In this document: one piece after another, positions 28,442 to 38,257 of the stretch
Layout: each line of letters starts with the position of its first letter
Numbering within the stretch: position 1 is the stretch's first letter
IMG/VR virus record: IMGVR_UViG_3300032295_000293
Location: 1-47,688 of that record
DNA length: 47,688 bases
Direction: 5' to 3' (one strand)
Source of the DNA: a virus
Taxonomy: Duplodnaviria; Caudoviricetes
Position numbers and translations under genes: made by a program
Notes under the pieces: model-generated
Databases searched by the model: none
What the model was told of the DNA's origin: nothing
Seen by the model: only the letters and a program-made list of their open reading frames with translations

Positions 28442-30952
28442 ATGGCACAACCAGTATGGAATACACCCCCAGGTTCATTGGGTACCTACCCTTCAGGCAT
28501 ATTAGCAACTTATACAGTATCTGCTAATGCAGTACTACCGGCAGTAACACTTACATATTCGTTACTAAGTGGTAGTTTACCTGCAGGATTTTCTATAACA
28601 TCAGATGGCGTAATTTTAGGTACACCTTCATTAGTAACCGCTGAAACAGTTTCTACGTTTGCAATAAGAGCAACTGATAATTTGGGTAATATACGTGATA
28701 GAACTTTTAGTATGACAATTACGGGTTCTGCTATTCCATATTTCAACATACCTGAAGGTAATATTTTAAATACTAACGATAGCATTTGGATTCAGTTCCC
28801 TATTACATATGTAAATCCAGACTCATCAAATACAGTAACTATTAATTTACTAGAAGGTATCTTACCGCCAGGTCTAGAAGTAAATCAACAAGGTATCATA
28901 CGAGGATACGCCGAGCCACCTACAGTAAATGTTACTGTCCCTAGTGTTACAACTGCCGCAACAGTTACAGAAACAACTAACATCATTACGTGTTTAAGTA
29001 CAACAGGATTTACATTAGGCAGACCAGTTACATTTACTGGAACATCAATGTTTGGTGGATTAGAAGAAGGTTTTACTTACTATGTGAAATCTATTATCAA
29101 CAGTACGGGTTTTACTATATCTACTACACCAAATGGTCCTACTCTAAACCTACTTAGTGGTACTGGATTTATGACTGTTACATTGGCTGCAATCTCAGTT
29201 GGACAACCTACAATACGTACTTATAACTTTACCCTACAATTAGATAGTCCTCTGGGAACTGATATCAGTGCATATGCAATAACAGTTATTAATCAAAACA
29301 CTCCTATTAGCCAAGGCGGACCTGGTTTACCAGTAAACACCCGAGTCCCAGTGATATTAAATACAAGACCAGAGACTTATAATATTGACAACACTGCATT
29401 CTATGGGTATTACGTATTACCACCAGTAGGCAGTCCCTATGATACCTATCCACTGAATACATCAGCATTTATAGGAACTATAAAGAGTAATAATTATTTT
29501 GCCTTTAAAATTATAGGTAAAGACTTTGACGGCAACGAATTAACATATATCTATTCTGGATTGCCATTGGGTCTAACAGGGAATAGTTCAACAGGATGGG
29601 TAACAGGAACCCCCGGCATATCATTAGAGGGTTTGAATCAATATAGTTTTAGTGTAGCTGTGTATAAGACCGTTAATCCTGCTATTCAATCTGCGTTTAT
29701 AAGTTTCTCATTTAATCTTTCAAATGAAATCAATGGTGACATTACTTGGGTTACACCAAGTGACTTGGGATCAATATTTAATGGAACTGTAAGTACAAAA
29801 AGTGTGTTAGCGGTATCTGACGTAGAACTAGAATATAGAGTTACATCCGGATCTTTGCCGCCTAATTTAACTTTACTAAGCAACGGTGAAATTACCGGTT
29901 ATGTTGCAAATCAACCTACATCTCAGTTACTAGACCAGTTTGCTGAAACTGATTTCACATTTACAATTGAAGCATACAGCCCAAAATATCCTATTATAAA
30001 ACAAGATAGAACATTCACACTAACTGTAGTGCAGGAATACAATCAACCCACTGATGTTCTTTATATTAAGGCTGCTCCTAGCATTGCAGATAGAAGAATT
30101 GTCAATACGTTATTAGACAACGATGAATTGATTCCATCAGCATACTTATATAGACCAGAAGATGTATACTTTGGTAAAGCAACTGATGTGATATACGAAC
30201 ATGCGTATGGTATCTATGCTAGTGATATCGATGAATACATTGCCGCAGTTACACGAAATCATTACTGGAGAAACATAACCTTGGGCGAAATAAAAACCGC
30301 ACAAGCCAAAGATGATAATGGAAATGTAATATATGAAGTTGTGTATAGTCAAGTAGTAGACAACTTAGTGAATCCTCAGGGCATCAGTGTTGCTGAATCT
30401 ATCTATTGGCCTAGACCAATAGATTTAGGTTTAGGCCCATGGTATACTAGTGTCACAAACATATTTACTAGCTATGCTAGTATACAAGGTCAAGATTATT
30501 ACACTAGTTTGTCTCCGGGTTATGTTAGAACATTGTATCCAAATAGTTTGTTTAACATGCGTACTAGAGTAGGCCAAGTATTGGGTCAGGAATTCGATAG
30601 TAGATTGTTACCGCTTTGGATGACTAGTCAACAAGCTAATGGTAGTACACTAGGCTATACTCAGGCTTGGGTAATCTGTTACACTAAGCCAGGTTATGCA
30701 GACATTATAAAAAATAACATCAATCTCTTTTGGAAACAGCCTGATGGATTGCCTTATAGACTAAACATGATTAATTTTAGGATCGATAGGTTCAGTGTAG
30801 ATAAGAGCATAACATACAACTATGATAAGAATACGAGTCCCCCTGCTTGGACTGGGTTACCTAGTGCTACACCTGTACCGAACCCATTAGATAGTAAAGA
30901 CTTTTACGTATTATTCCCTCGTCAAACTATTTTACCCGACGAGGCCCAGTAA
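28442..30952 (+). CDS. Ig-like domain virion protein (baseplate-associated)
   Basis: Repeated putative-Ig motifs (YSLLSGSLPAGFSITSDGVILGTP; GLPLGLTGNSSTGWVTGTP; SGSLPPNLTLLSNGEITG). Confidence 0.7.
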   Translation: MAQPVWNTPPGSLGTYPSGILATYTVSANAVLPAVTLTYSLLSGSLPAGFSITSDGVILGTPSLVTAETVSTFAIRATDNLGNIRDRTFSMTITGSAIPYFNIPEGNILNTNDSIWIQFPITYVNPDSSNTVTINLLEGILPPGLEVNQQGIIRGYAEPPTVNVTVPSVTTAATVTETTNIITCLSTTGFTLGRPVTFTGTSMFGGLEEGFTYYVKSIINSTGFTISTTPNGPTLNLLSGTGFMTVTLAAISVGQPTIRTYNFTLQLDSPLGTDISAYAITVINQNTPISQGGPGLPVNTRVPVILNTRPETYNIDNTAFYGYYVLPPVGSPYDTYPLNTSAFIGTIKSNNYFAFKIIGKDFDGNELTYIYSGLPLGLTGNSSTGWVTGTPGISLEGLNQYSFSVAVYKTVNPAIQSAFISFSFNLSNEINGDITWVTPSDLGSIFNGTVSTKSVLAVSDVELEYRVTSGSLPPNLTLLSNGEITGYVANQPTSQLLDQFAETDFTFTIEAYSPKYPIIKQDRTFTLTVVQEYNQPTDVLYIKAAPSIADRRIVNTLLDNDELIPSAYLYRPEDVYFGKATDVIYEHAYGIYASDIDEYIAAVTRNHYWRNITLGEIKTAQAKDDNGNVIYEVVYSQVVDNLVNPQGISVAESIYWPRPIDLGLGPWYTSVTNIFTSYASIQGQDYYTSLSPGYVRTLYPNSLFNMRTRVGQVLGQEFDSRLLPLWMTSQQANGSTLGYTQAWVICYTKPGYADIIKNNINLFWKQPDGLPYRLNMINFRIDRFSVDKSITYNYDKNTSPPAWTGLPSATPVPNPLDSKDFYVLFPRQTILPDEAQ

Positions 30953-30976
30953 TAAATACAATACGGAATTTAATTT

Positions 30977-32239
30977 ATGAGCGCAATTAACACAAACGGA
31001 CTTGATGTAAACTACCCAGTACCCGGGCAAAATAACAGTTCGCAAGGTTTTAGAAATAACTTTGCGAGTACAAAGACTAACCTCGACACAGCCGGGGCAG
31101 AAATCTCTGACCTACAAAATAAAGTAGTAGTCAAATCAGCATTGGACAATACGATTGTTAACAATGACATGGCTAATACATTGATTAGTAATTGTGCTAC
31201 ACGTAGTTTTAGAGCAACAACTTACAACTTAGGTAATGCATTATCGGGTACAGTAACTGTTGACTGTTCATTGGGTGATGTACAGTACGGCACTGTTGCA
31301 GGTAACGTTACATTAGACTTTGCTAGTTGGGGACCAACATTAACACAAAGTAATGTTGAGTTGCAATTAAACATAAGCAACGCAAATGCATTCATTACTT
31401 TCCCAGCCGAAGTAGTAAGCTCAAACAATAACTTTGGTTTGACAACATTAGAAAACTATGACGGTACAACAAGTGTTAGTATTCCATACGGTGTAAGTCA
31501 AGTAGATTATCGTTTAAGCACTATGGATTGCGGTAACACAATCACAATCGAACCTTATAATCGACCAAGACAAACAACACAGATTCAACAACGCACCCCA
31601 ACACCAGTTGGATATCAAGGGGATGTTGTAGGAACAACTTGTGTTGATCCGGGTACTACCGAGTTAACAGTAACAAATACATATGCCAACGACCAAGTAC
31701 TACTATCAAGTACAAGTAGTCTATATATTGACATGCCGGTAGTGTTTACTGGTGTAGTGTTTGGTGGTGTAACTGGTGGAACAACATATTACGTAAATAA
31801 TATTCCATCTGCAACTAATTTCACCATTGCTTCATCACCTGGTGGAGCAAACGTTAACTTGTCTGCCGCATCAGGTTCAATGTCATTAAATCCAGTGCAG
31901 TATATGTATGTTGCAGTACAAGACTATAATGCTACACAATATACTAGAACAGTTACAGCAACCGCTAGTACTGGTAATCTAGTTACAATGAACACAACCA
32001 CAAGCTTAAACGTAAATGATCCTATCATCTTTAGTGGAACTACATTTGGTAATATCACTGCGGGTGTAATATATTATATCAAAACAGTAGCTTCTGGCAC
32101 TACAGTTACATTAAGCCGTTCTAGAACCAATGGTGTTGCTGATAGTACATTGACATTGACTACCGCTAGCGGATCATGCACTGCAACTATAAGTGTAGGT
32201 TCGGATATTTGGAAAAGAATCCAACTCAATTCTTGGTAA
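30977..32239 (+). CDS. Virion structural/fibre protein
   Basis: AATAAATA at 30951; YPVPGQNNSSQGFRNNF N-terminus, two copies of the shared G..G..YY(V/I) module, WKRIQLNSW end. Confidence 0.65.
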   Translation: MSAINTNGLDVNYPVPGQNNSSQGFRNNFASTKTNLDTAGAEISDLQNKVVVKSALDNTIVNNDMANTLISNCATRSFRATTYNLGNALSGTVTVDCSLGDVQYGTVAGNVTLDFASWGPTLTQSNVELQLNISNANAFITFPAEVVSSNNNFGLTTLENYDGTTSVSIPYGVSQVDYRLSTMDCGNTITIEPYNRPRQTTQIQQRTPTPVGYQGDVVGTTCVDPGTTELTVTNTYANDQVLLSSTSSLYIDMPVVFTGVVFGGVTGGTTYYVNNIPSATNFTIASSPGGANVNLSAASGSMSLNPVQYMYVAVQDYNATQYTRTVTATASTGNLVTMNTTTSLNVNDPIIFSGTTFGNITAGVIYYIKTVASGTTVTLSRSRTNGVADSTLTLTTASGSCTATISVGSDIWKRIQLNSW

Positions 32240-32251
32240 TAAATATCTAGG

Positions 32252-32488
32252 ATGAGACATCCTTTTATTAACGACATATCCGGTAAAACGTTAGAGGAAT
32301 TGCAAACTACAATTTCTAATCTAACGAACAAACTTACCTTTGCACACAAAATGGGCAACAGTTCTATGATTCATCAATTGCAATTGGCTATCAACACCTA
32401 TAGAGAAGAATACTCAAAGAAAATGAATGAATTGATGGGTAAGCAAAAGATTAATACAAAGGTCAGCATCGAGAAAGACCCCAAATGA
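32252..32488 (+). CDS. Hypothetical protein
   Basis: AATAAATA 6 nt before the ATG; ATGA-coupled to the next gene. Confidence 0.65.
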   Translation: MRHPFINDISGKTLEELQTTISNLTNKLTFAHKMGNSSMIHQLQLAINTYREEYSKKMNELMGKQKINTKVSIEKDPK

Positions 32489-33084
32489 ACGCTAGAATTT
32501 CTAAAAAATTCGCATTTCACGCAGCCATACACCACGAAGAAACGTTTATTGTTAATGACTATGATTTAGAATTGTTTATGGATGTAACTACAGACGACAT
32601 AGACAAGCAAAACATAGCTATGGATCGTATCAAATACATCTTTGATATATCTTTTGATAGTTGCATATTTGTAGATGTGCATGACGCTAAGGCACTGGAC
32701 ATATATTCTAAAGCTAACATGAAGGTTTGTCCATTACCAGATGAACCCTTTGATCAGGTAATCGCATCGGTAATCATTAGTAAAGTTAACGCTATAACAG
32801 AAAAACATATTTTCCTAGAAGAAGTAAAGATAATGTCTAGAATATGTGATGACGTTTGTTTCCATGTTTCATATGAAGAAGAAGCAGACTTCCATAATCT
32901 AAAAGATGTTTGGTGGACTGATAACAGTCCAATTATTAGTACAATCAAAAAATCTAAAAAAGAAAAAGTTGTTCAATTACATAAAAAGCCATTAGATTGG
33001 AAAAGTGTTGGATTGGGTTGGGAGAATTTAATTGTCAAGAAATGCGATAAGGGCGAAGTGGTATTCATACCAGTTGACAAGTGA
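32485..33084 (+). CDS. Hypothetical protein
   Basis: 199-aa ORF in operon context. Confidence 0.7.
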   Translation: MNARISKKFAFHAAIHHEETFIVNDYDLELFMDVTTDDIDKQNIAMDRIKYIFDISFDSCIFVDVHDAKALDIYSKANMKVCPLPDEPFDQVIASVIISKVNAITEKHIFLEEVKIMSRICDDVCFHVSYEEEADFHNLKDVWWTDNSPIISTIKKSKKEKVVQLHKKPLDWKSVGLGWENLIVKKCDKGEVVFIPVDK

Positions 33085-33102
33085 CAGATTATACTGTATT
33101 AT
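33074..33102 (+). promoter_or_regulatory. sigma70-type promoter
   Basis: TTGACA-17 nt-TATTAT; ATG 33109 follows 6 nt later. Confidence 0.7.
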
Positions 33103-33108
33103 CTTATT

Positions 33109-33615
33109 ATGAAGATAGATAAGTACGGTCAACAGATATATAATGAAACGGATATCTGCAATTTATACATGGTTGACCCTGATACCCATGTGAAATCAAT
33201 CGTAGTCGATACTGAAATAAAACTTTCAGATATCATTGACACTACACAACTACCCAAATTTACAGTCTACACTAAACCAGAATTATCCATTGCTGAGTTT
33301 GATAACAATCTACAATCAAAATGGATGATTCCAGAATCGTACAATGATTTTGACATTGCCCAATATGTTTTGAATCTGTGCCAATCTGAAGAAGAATTAC
33401 AACGTGTAGGACAAGAACTATTAATGTTCCAAGAACGTGAGATGTTCCCATTACTAAAATATTTAAAGTATCTAGTAGACATTATGCGTGAGAACAATGT
33501 CGTTTGGGGTGTCGGTCGAGGTTCAAGCGTAGCAAGTTTTGTATTATTTTTATTAGGCGTACATAGGATAAATAGTTTGTATTATGACTTATCTATCGAT
33601 GAGTTTTTAAAATAA
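33109..33615 (+). CDS. DNA polymerase III alpha (DnaE) fragment, N-terminal part of the palm region
   Basis: RVGQELLMF..YLVDIMRENNVVWGVGRGSSVASFVLFLLGVHRINSLYYDLSIDEFLK matches DnaE GPGRGSAAGSLVAY.LGIT.IDP..YDLLFERFL. Confidence 0.8.
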   Translation: MKIDKYGQQIYNETDICNLYMVDPDTHVKSIVVDTEIKLSDIIDTTQLPKFTVYTKPELSIAEFDNNLQSKWMIPESYNDFDIAQYVLNLCQSEEELQRVGQELLMFQEREMFPLLKYLKYLVDIMRENNVVWGVGRGSSVASFVLFLLGVHRINSLYYDLSIDEFLK

Positions 33616-33626
33616 GGAAAAAAGAA

Positions 33627-34046
33627 ATGGCAAAATATCGTACAGCGTTAGGCAAGGTTGTTGACATGAGCATCTTAGCCACAAGAAACGAAAAAACACG
33701 TGCAGTTGGGAACATGAAGGTGAACGCAAGAGGTGATACTATTGACAGTAAAGGCAATATTATCAAGCCGGCAACCAACAAGGTCAACGAAGCGTATAAC
33801 AAAACCGTTGGTAATCGTACTGCTCAACCAGTAAAAAAACAACCTAGAACTGGAGATCAAACTTCTAGGGCACCCCAACGTCCTCGCCCTGGTCCAGCCG
33901 CTTCAGGTGGTGTAAATCAACGGATTGAAGAAAAAGAACCTGTTCAATTGACACCAGAAGAACTTGAGTTGGATCGTGAACTAGATGATGACGAGTTGAC
34001 AGAACAAATCAAAGCAATGGAATCAGGACTTACAAAGGCCAAATAA
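33627..34046 (+). CDS. Hypothetical protein
   Basis: AAGGA SD; TAATG-coupled to the GroES-like gene. Confidence 0.7.
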   Translation: MAKYRTALGKVVDMSILATRNEKTRAVGNMKVNARGDTIDSKGNIIKPATNKVNEAYNKTVGNRTAQPVKKQPRTGDQTSRAPQRPRPGPAASGGVNQRIEEKEPVQLTPEELELDRELDDDELTEQIKAMESGLTKAK

Positions 34047-34423
34047 TGAGTGAATATTCTAAGCCGGCATTTAGCCCTACGAAAGTAAACAACTTAAAAT
34101 TCTTTCATGACCATATCATTGTCACTGACATGAAGTTTGACCAGCGCATTACTGCAGGTGGTATCATTTTAATGGACGATGACAAGAAAAGTTCTGGCAT
34201 TCGTCCACGTTGGGCAAAGATTTATGGGCTAGGTCCTAATGTTAACGACCCGGAACTACAAATTGGAAAATATATTCTTATCAGTCACGGACGTTGGACC
34301 CGCGGTATCACAGTAGAAACACCAGAGGGCAAATTGACGTTGCGTAAAGTCGATCCTAATGATATACTACTGATATCGGATGAGCCGATGGAAGATGAAA
34401 CAATGAGCGATAAGGTGTACTAA
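34046..34423 (+). CDS. groES: Co-chaperonin GroES-like protein
   Basis: LKFFHDHIIV..RITAGGIIL (mobile loop)..AKIYGLGP..LQIGKYILI..DILLI. Confidence 0.75.
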   Translation: MSEYSKPAFSPTKVNNLKFFHDHIIVTDMKFDQRITAGGIILMDDDKKSSGIRPRWAKIYGLGPNVNDPELQIGKYILISHGRWTRGITVETPEGKLTLRKVDPNDILLISDEPMEDETMSDKVY

Positions 34424-34424
34424 A

Positions 34425-34928
34425 ATGGCAACATGGTCTGTTAAACCCACTTGGAAAAAATCTATTCTTGAACGCAACTATCTTACTAAAGATGGTAACA
34501 CAGTTATGGTGGAAACTGGTTGGCGTTGGGGTGAATTCACAGTTGAGACTGAGGATGATAATCCTCCTAACATTGAAGCAGGTGTAGATATCTATGACTG
34601 TGGATATGAATCTGAACTAGTTGAAACTAATGATGGTTGTTGGGAAGAAGTCGATACCGATGACTGTGATGATGAAACTACAGAATGGTTAGAAGAATTC
34701 TTTGATGAAGGCAATAGTTGGCTTGACCTAGAAGAACACGGTTGGGTACAAGATGAATGCAAGATGATTATTGATTGTGATTTAGAAATCACACGAATCA
34801 ATGATGATGGATCAGAAGGCGAAAAGATTGTTACTGGTGAAGAAGAATCAGAAGAAACACCCAAAGAAGCGAAGTTAGTCCCATCTGCTCATTGGCCCTT
34901 TGGTCGTCCTGAGGAAGGCAAAGAATGA
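34425..34928 (+). CDS. Acidic hypothetical protein
   Basis: Asp/Glu/Trp-rich ORF in a tightly packed operon. Confidence 0.7.
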   Translation: MATWSVKPTWKKSILERNYLTKDGNTVMVETGWRWGEFTVETEDDNPPNIEAGVDIYDCGYESELVETNDGCWEEVDTDDCDDETTEWLEEFFDEGNSWLDLEEHGWVQDECKMIIDCDLEITRINDDGSEGEKIVTGEEESEETPKEAKLVPSAHWPFGRPEEGKE

Positions 34929-35221
34929 AATGGTTTGACAAATGGTTTGCTAAGAAGTGCAAACACGCATGGGAAAACGGCAGAGAAGATGAACCTGTCG
35001 GTGTCAGTCTCTCATCAGTAACAAAAGTACGAGGAAACTCACTTGAGGCTAACGGCATGAATTTCAGTGTCTATAAAGCAAACGGTGGCTATGTTGTTGA
35101 ATATCGCCAATACGATAGACAACGTGACCGTAGTGATAATAAACTACACATTGTTCATGAGGAGCAAAACCTCGGTGAAGAACTCGGTAAAATTATAAGT
35201 TTTGAGGCACTGCGTAGCTAA
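34925..35221 (+). CDS. Hypothetical protein
   Basis: ATGA overlap with the upstream gene. Confidence 0.7.
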   Translation: MKWFDKWFAKKCKHAWENGREDEPVGVSLSSVTKVRGNSLEANGMNFSVYKANGGYVVEYRQYDRQRDRSDNKLHIVHEEQNLGEELGKIISFEALRS

Positions 35222-36145
35222 ATGAAAAATCAATTGTGGGTAGAAAAGTATCGTCCGAAAAGCGTAACAGAATATGTATTCGTAGACGACAGACAAAAAG
35301 AGCAAGTTAAGCAATGGATCAAGGATGAAAGTATCCCTCATCTATTGTTCAGCGGTGATGCAGGTACAGGTAAGACTACACTAGCAAAAGTTCTAATCAA
35401 TGAACTTGGCGTAGAAGATTATGATGTAATGGAAATCAACGCAAGTCGTGAAAACGGCATTGATAACTTGCGTGACAAAATCAATGGCTTTGTTCAGACA
35501 ATGCCATTTGGTAAGTTTAAAGTTGTATTGCTTGACGAAGCTGACTATCTGACACAGCCAGCGCAAGCCGCATTGCGTAATGATATGGAAGCATATCATC
35601 AAACTGTACGTTACATCCTAACTTGTAACTATCAGTACAAAATTATCCCAGCACTTAAAAGCAGATGCCATGAGTTCCATATCGCTAAGCCTGATATGAC
35701 AGAATTTACTGCACGTGCGGCTACTGTATTAGTAACTGAGAGTGTGGAATTTGATTTAGATACACTTGATACGTATGTTCGTGGTACATATCCTGATTTG
35801 CGTAAGTGTCTGAATCAATTGCAAGTCAACAGCAACAGTGGTAAACTATTGCCTGCACAAGCCCAAGGCTCTAGTGAACATGACTTGTTAATTGAAGCGA
35901 CAAATCTTTTCAAGAAGGGCAAGATTCTTGAAGGTCGTCAACAGTTGATGCAGTACATTGCTATGTATCCCACACGTATCGAAGATACGTACAAGTGGAT
36001 GTATGACAACTTAGACTTGTGGGGTAATACACAAGAAAAGAAAGATGCAAGTATCGTTGTGATTCGCAATGGTCTAGCAAACTTGCCGTTAGTAGGTATC
36101 CCTGAGATTTCACTAGCGGCAACACTAGTGGAGTTAACAGGATGA
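35222..36145 (+). CDS. Clamp loader AAA+ subunit (T4 gp44/RFC small subunit-like)
   Basis: LWVEKYRPK, Walker A GDAGTGKTT, INASRENG, Walker B VLLDEADYL, AQAALR, SRC motif, DLRKCLNQLQ. Confidence 0.92.
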   Translation: MKNQLWVEKYRPKSVTEYVFVDDRQKEQVKQWIKDESIPHLLFSGDAGTGKTTLAKVLINELGVEDYDVMEINASRENGIDNLRDKINGFVQTMPFGKFKVVLLDEADYLTQPAQAALRNDMEAYHQTVRYILTCNYQYKIIPALKSRCHEFHIAKPDMTEFTARAATVLVTESVEFDLDTLDTYVRGTYPDLRKCLNQLQVNSNSGKLLPAQAQGSSEHDLLIEATNLFKKGKILEGRQQLMQYIAMYPTRIEDTYKWMYDNLDLWGNTQEKKDASIVVIRNGLANLPLVGIPEISLAATLVELTG

Positions 36146-36402
36146 GATATTTATTAATTACATTCTTCCGTAAACCCGGCGGTCAAATTGACGAGCAAGT
36201 CGGAGTGTCAAAGAAAGTTAAAATGAGTGACGTACAAACTTGTAATGTTATTCTTGATTTTCAAAAAAGAAAAGTAGAAAAGTGCGTTATTGAAGGTAAA
36301 GTAGTTGATACTGAATGGCCAAAGATGTACGAATACTACAAACGTATCTATCCTAATTTGATTGAACAATTAGAAAAGAATAATACAGAAGCTCCAAAGT
36401 AA
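36142..36402 (+). CDS. Hypothetical protein
   Basis: GGAG SD, ATGA coupling. Confidence 0.7.
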   Translation: MRYLLITFFRKPGGQIDEQVGVSKKVKMSDVQTCNVILDFQKRKVEKCVIEGKVVDTEWPKMYEYYKRIYPNLIEQLEKNNTEAPK

Positions 36403-37295
36403 TGCGTCAGTTTATAGTTAGATTTACAGGAGACACTGAGCTAACTTATAATCTGGTTGACGAAGAAATCGTTGATAGTTGGGTTAACTTAATACAGAAC
36501 CACACTATCAACGATTGTTGCCATACAAATCACTATGTAGGATACTCCTCTGAAGAATTGATTCAGCAAAGAATCGATAGATTGTATTCATTGGCTGACA
36601 TTATTAATTCTCATGCCCCTGACCGAGTAATAAAACAAACACTAACAATGGATTCTTGGGAACAGTCATTACATACAATGCACGTTCATTTCCCTGATTT
36701 AAAAAACAATGAAGAATACAGACATATCTGGAATGAACTATCAGAGTACAATGATATTATTCATTGGTTAGAATCTACTCTACGTATCAAAGGATCTAAC
36801 AACTTTAGAATCACGTTAGACCTTAATAAGGCAACAACTACCTTTTTGCCTATTCCCGAAAGTGCATATAAATTATTCACCCCATTTAGTAACTTTGGTT
36901 ACTTATGTTTGCATTACACACATGTAGGTAAACATGCACAGGAATTGTTTGCTGTAAATGACTATGTTTGTCCCCCGGATCAATTTGTACCTCAACGGTT
37001 ATTTTCTGCTAGTGTGAGGATGTTGTTCACGGACAACTACCATGATACTAAACAAAAGCAGGATATGTTGTTGAATAGATGGAGGCTATTTTATCATAAA
37101 CGTGGCATAGATTTTTGGGGATATGATATCAGTGATCCAAAGATAGCGTTTGGATACATGAAGATAGGAAAATTGTCAAGTATCACAATAGGTAATTCAA
37201 TAGTACCGATACCTAATACTATCAACGAATTGAATGATTTTAGGAAAACTCTTGTTAGTTTGAATGTAATCGACTGGAAAATAAATGGGGCCTAA
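36402..37295 (+). CDS. Hypothetical protein
   Basis: TAATG coupling; 297 aa, His-rich motifs (LHTMHVHF, LHYTHVGKH). Confidence 0.7.
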   Translation: MRQFIVRFTGDTELTYNLVDEEIVDSWVNLIQNHTINDCCHTNHYVGYSSEELIQQRIDRLYSLADIINSHAPDRVIKQTLTMDSWEQSLHTMHVHFPDLKNNEEYRHIWNELSEYNDIIHWLESTLRIKGSNNFRITLDLNKATTTFLPIPESAYKLFTPFSNFGYLCLHYTHVGKHAQELFAVNDYVCPPDQFVPQRLFSASVRMLFTDNYHDTKQKQDMLLNRWRLFYHKRGIDFWGYDISDPKIAFGYMKIGKLSSITIGNSIVPIPNTINELNDFRKTLVSLNVIDWKINGA

Positions 37296-37306
37296 GCCCC
37301 ATTTAT
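37281..37306. terminator. Hairpin/bidirectional terminator between convergent genes
   Basis: ATAAATGGGGC-CTAA-GCCCCATTTAT, perfect 11-bp stem. Confidence 0.75.
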
Positions 37307-38088
37307 CAACTGTACAATTTTAGAACATGTTCAATAATTCTATGTCGTTGTACGTCCTTAACATCAAATTTACACACACTTAGTCCTGGAACTTTGTATT
37401 GTGTTAATCTCCCTGTTAAATCCATGAGTCCATTTTGAGCAGTTTTTCTATCAGTTTGTTCTATATCTCCTGTTATCACTAGTTTACTTCCCTCACCTAG
37501 GCGGGTCATAATCATTTTGAGTTGGCTCGGTGTTGCGTTTTGTGATTCGTCTAGGACTATCCAGCTATGCTTGAAGTTTCTTCCTCTGCAAAATGCTAAT
37601 GGTGCGATTTCTATAATCTGTTCGGCTAGCATTTCTTGTATTTCTTTAACTGTGTAATACTCCTGTAAAACGTCTAACAATGGACGAGTCCATGGTTCCA
37701 TCTTAGCGTTTAAGTCGCCGGGTAAGAAACCATGTTTTTCATCGTCCACGCTAACTGCGGGTCTTGTTAAAATGATCTTTTGACACTCACCTGATCTTAG
37801 TGCTTTGATAGCAGCCAGCATTGCCAAATATGTCTTACCCGTACCTGCAGGTCCTGAAACTACGACTACATCGGTTTCATCGTCTAGGAGAGCGACAATA
37901 TATTTCTCTTGATTGAGGGATTTAGGCAATAAGTCAACGGGCTTGCGTTGTCTCTTTGGTTGCGCTTGACTAAAATCGATAGTTTTTGATTGATTCATAT
38001 AGAATGTCTTGACTTCATTTGAGGGGAACTGTGTGTATCTGGGTGTTGATTCTTTAGTGCGAACAGCACTGGTTTTTCGTTTGCTCAA
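37306..38088 (-). CDS. phoH: PhoH-like ATPase
   Basis: GPAGTGKTYLA, IILTRPAV, GFLPGDL, IAPLAFCRGRNF, LDESQN, TRLGEGSKLVITGDIEQTD, DVQRH; TTG start after AAGGAG SD. Confidence 0.93.
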   Translation of the reverse strand: MSKRKTSAVRTKESTPRYTQFPSNEVKTFYMNQSKTIDFSQAQPKRQRKPVDLLPKSLNQEKYIVALLDDETDVVVVSGPAGTGKTYLAMLAAIKALRSGECQKIILTRPAVSVDDEKHGFLPGDLNAKMEPWTRPLLDVLQEYYTVKEIQEMLAEQIIEIAPLAFCRGRNFKHSWIVLDESQNATPSQLKMIMTRLGEGSKLVITGDIEQTDRKTAQNGLMDLTGRLTQYKVPGLSVCKFDVKDVQRHRIIEHVLKLYS

Positions 38089-38257
38089 GTTTGTTCTCCT
38101 TTGTTAGAGCGTTAAATGTTGCAACATTCAATGATATTTAAGAGGCTTATAGCCTTCCCGATAGCACATATATAAAACAAAAAAATTTGATAAATATTAG
38201 GCTTAGCGCATCGCTTTTCGTTTCTAAAGAAATAATCTACACAGTGATAAATACTAT

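Noticed and set aside
32485-33084. QueD/PTPS-like call from the N-terminal ISKKFAFHAAIH
   Set aside because: The HGH metal-binding motif is missing; resemblance too short to support.
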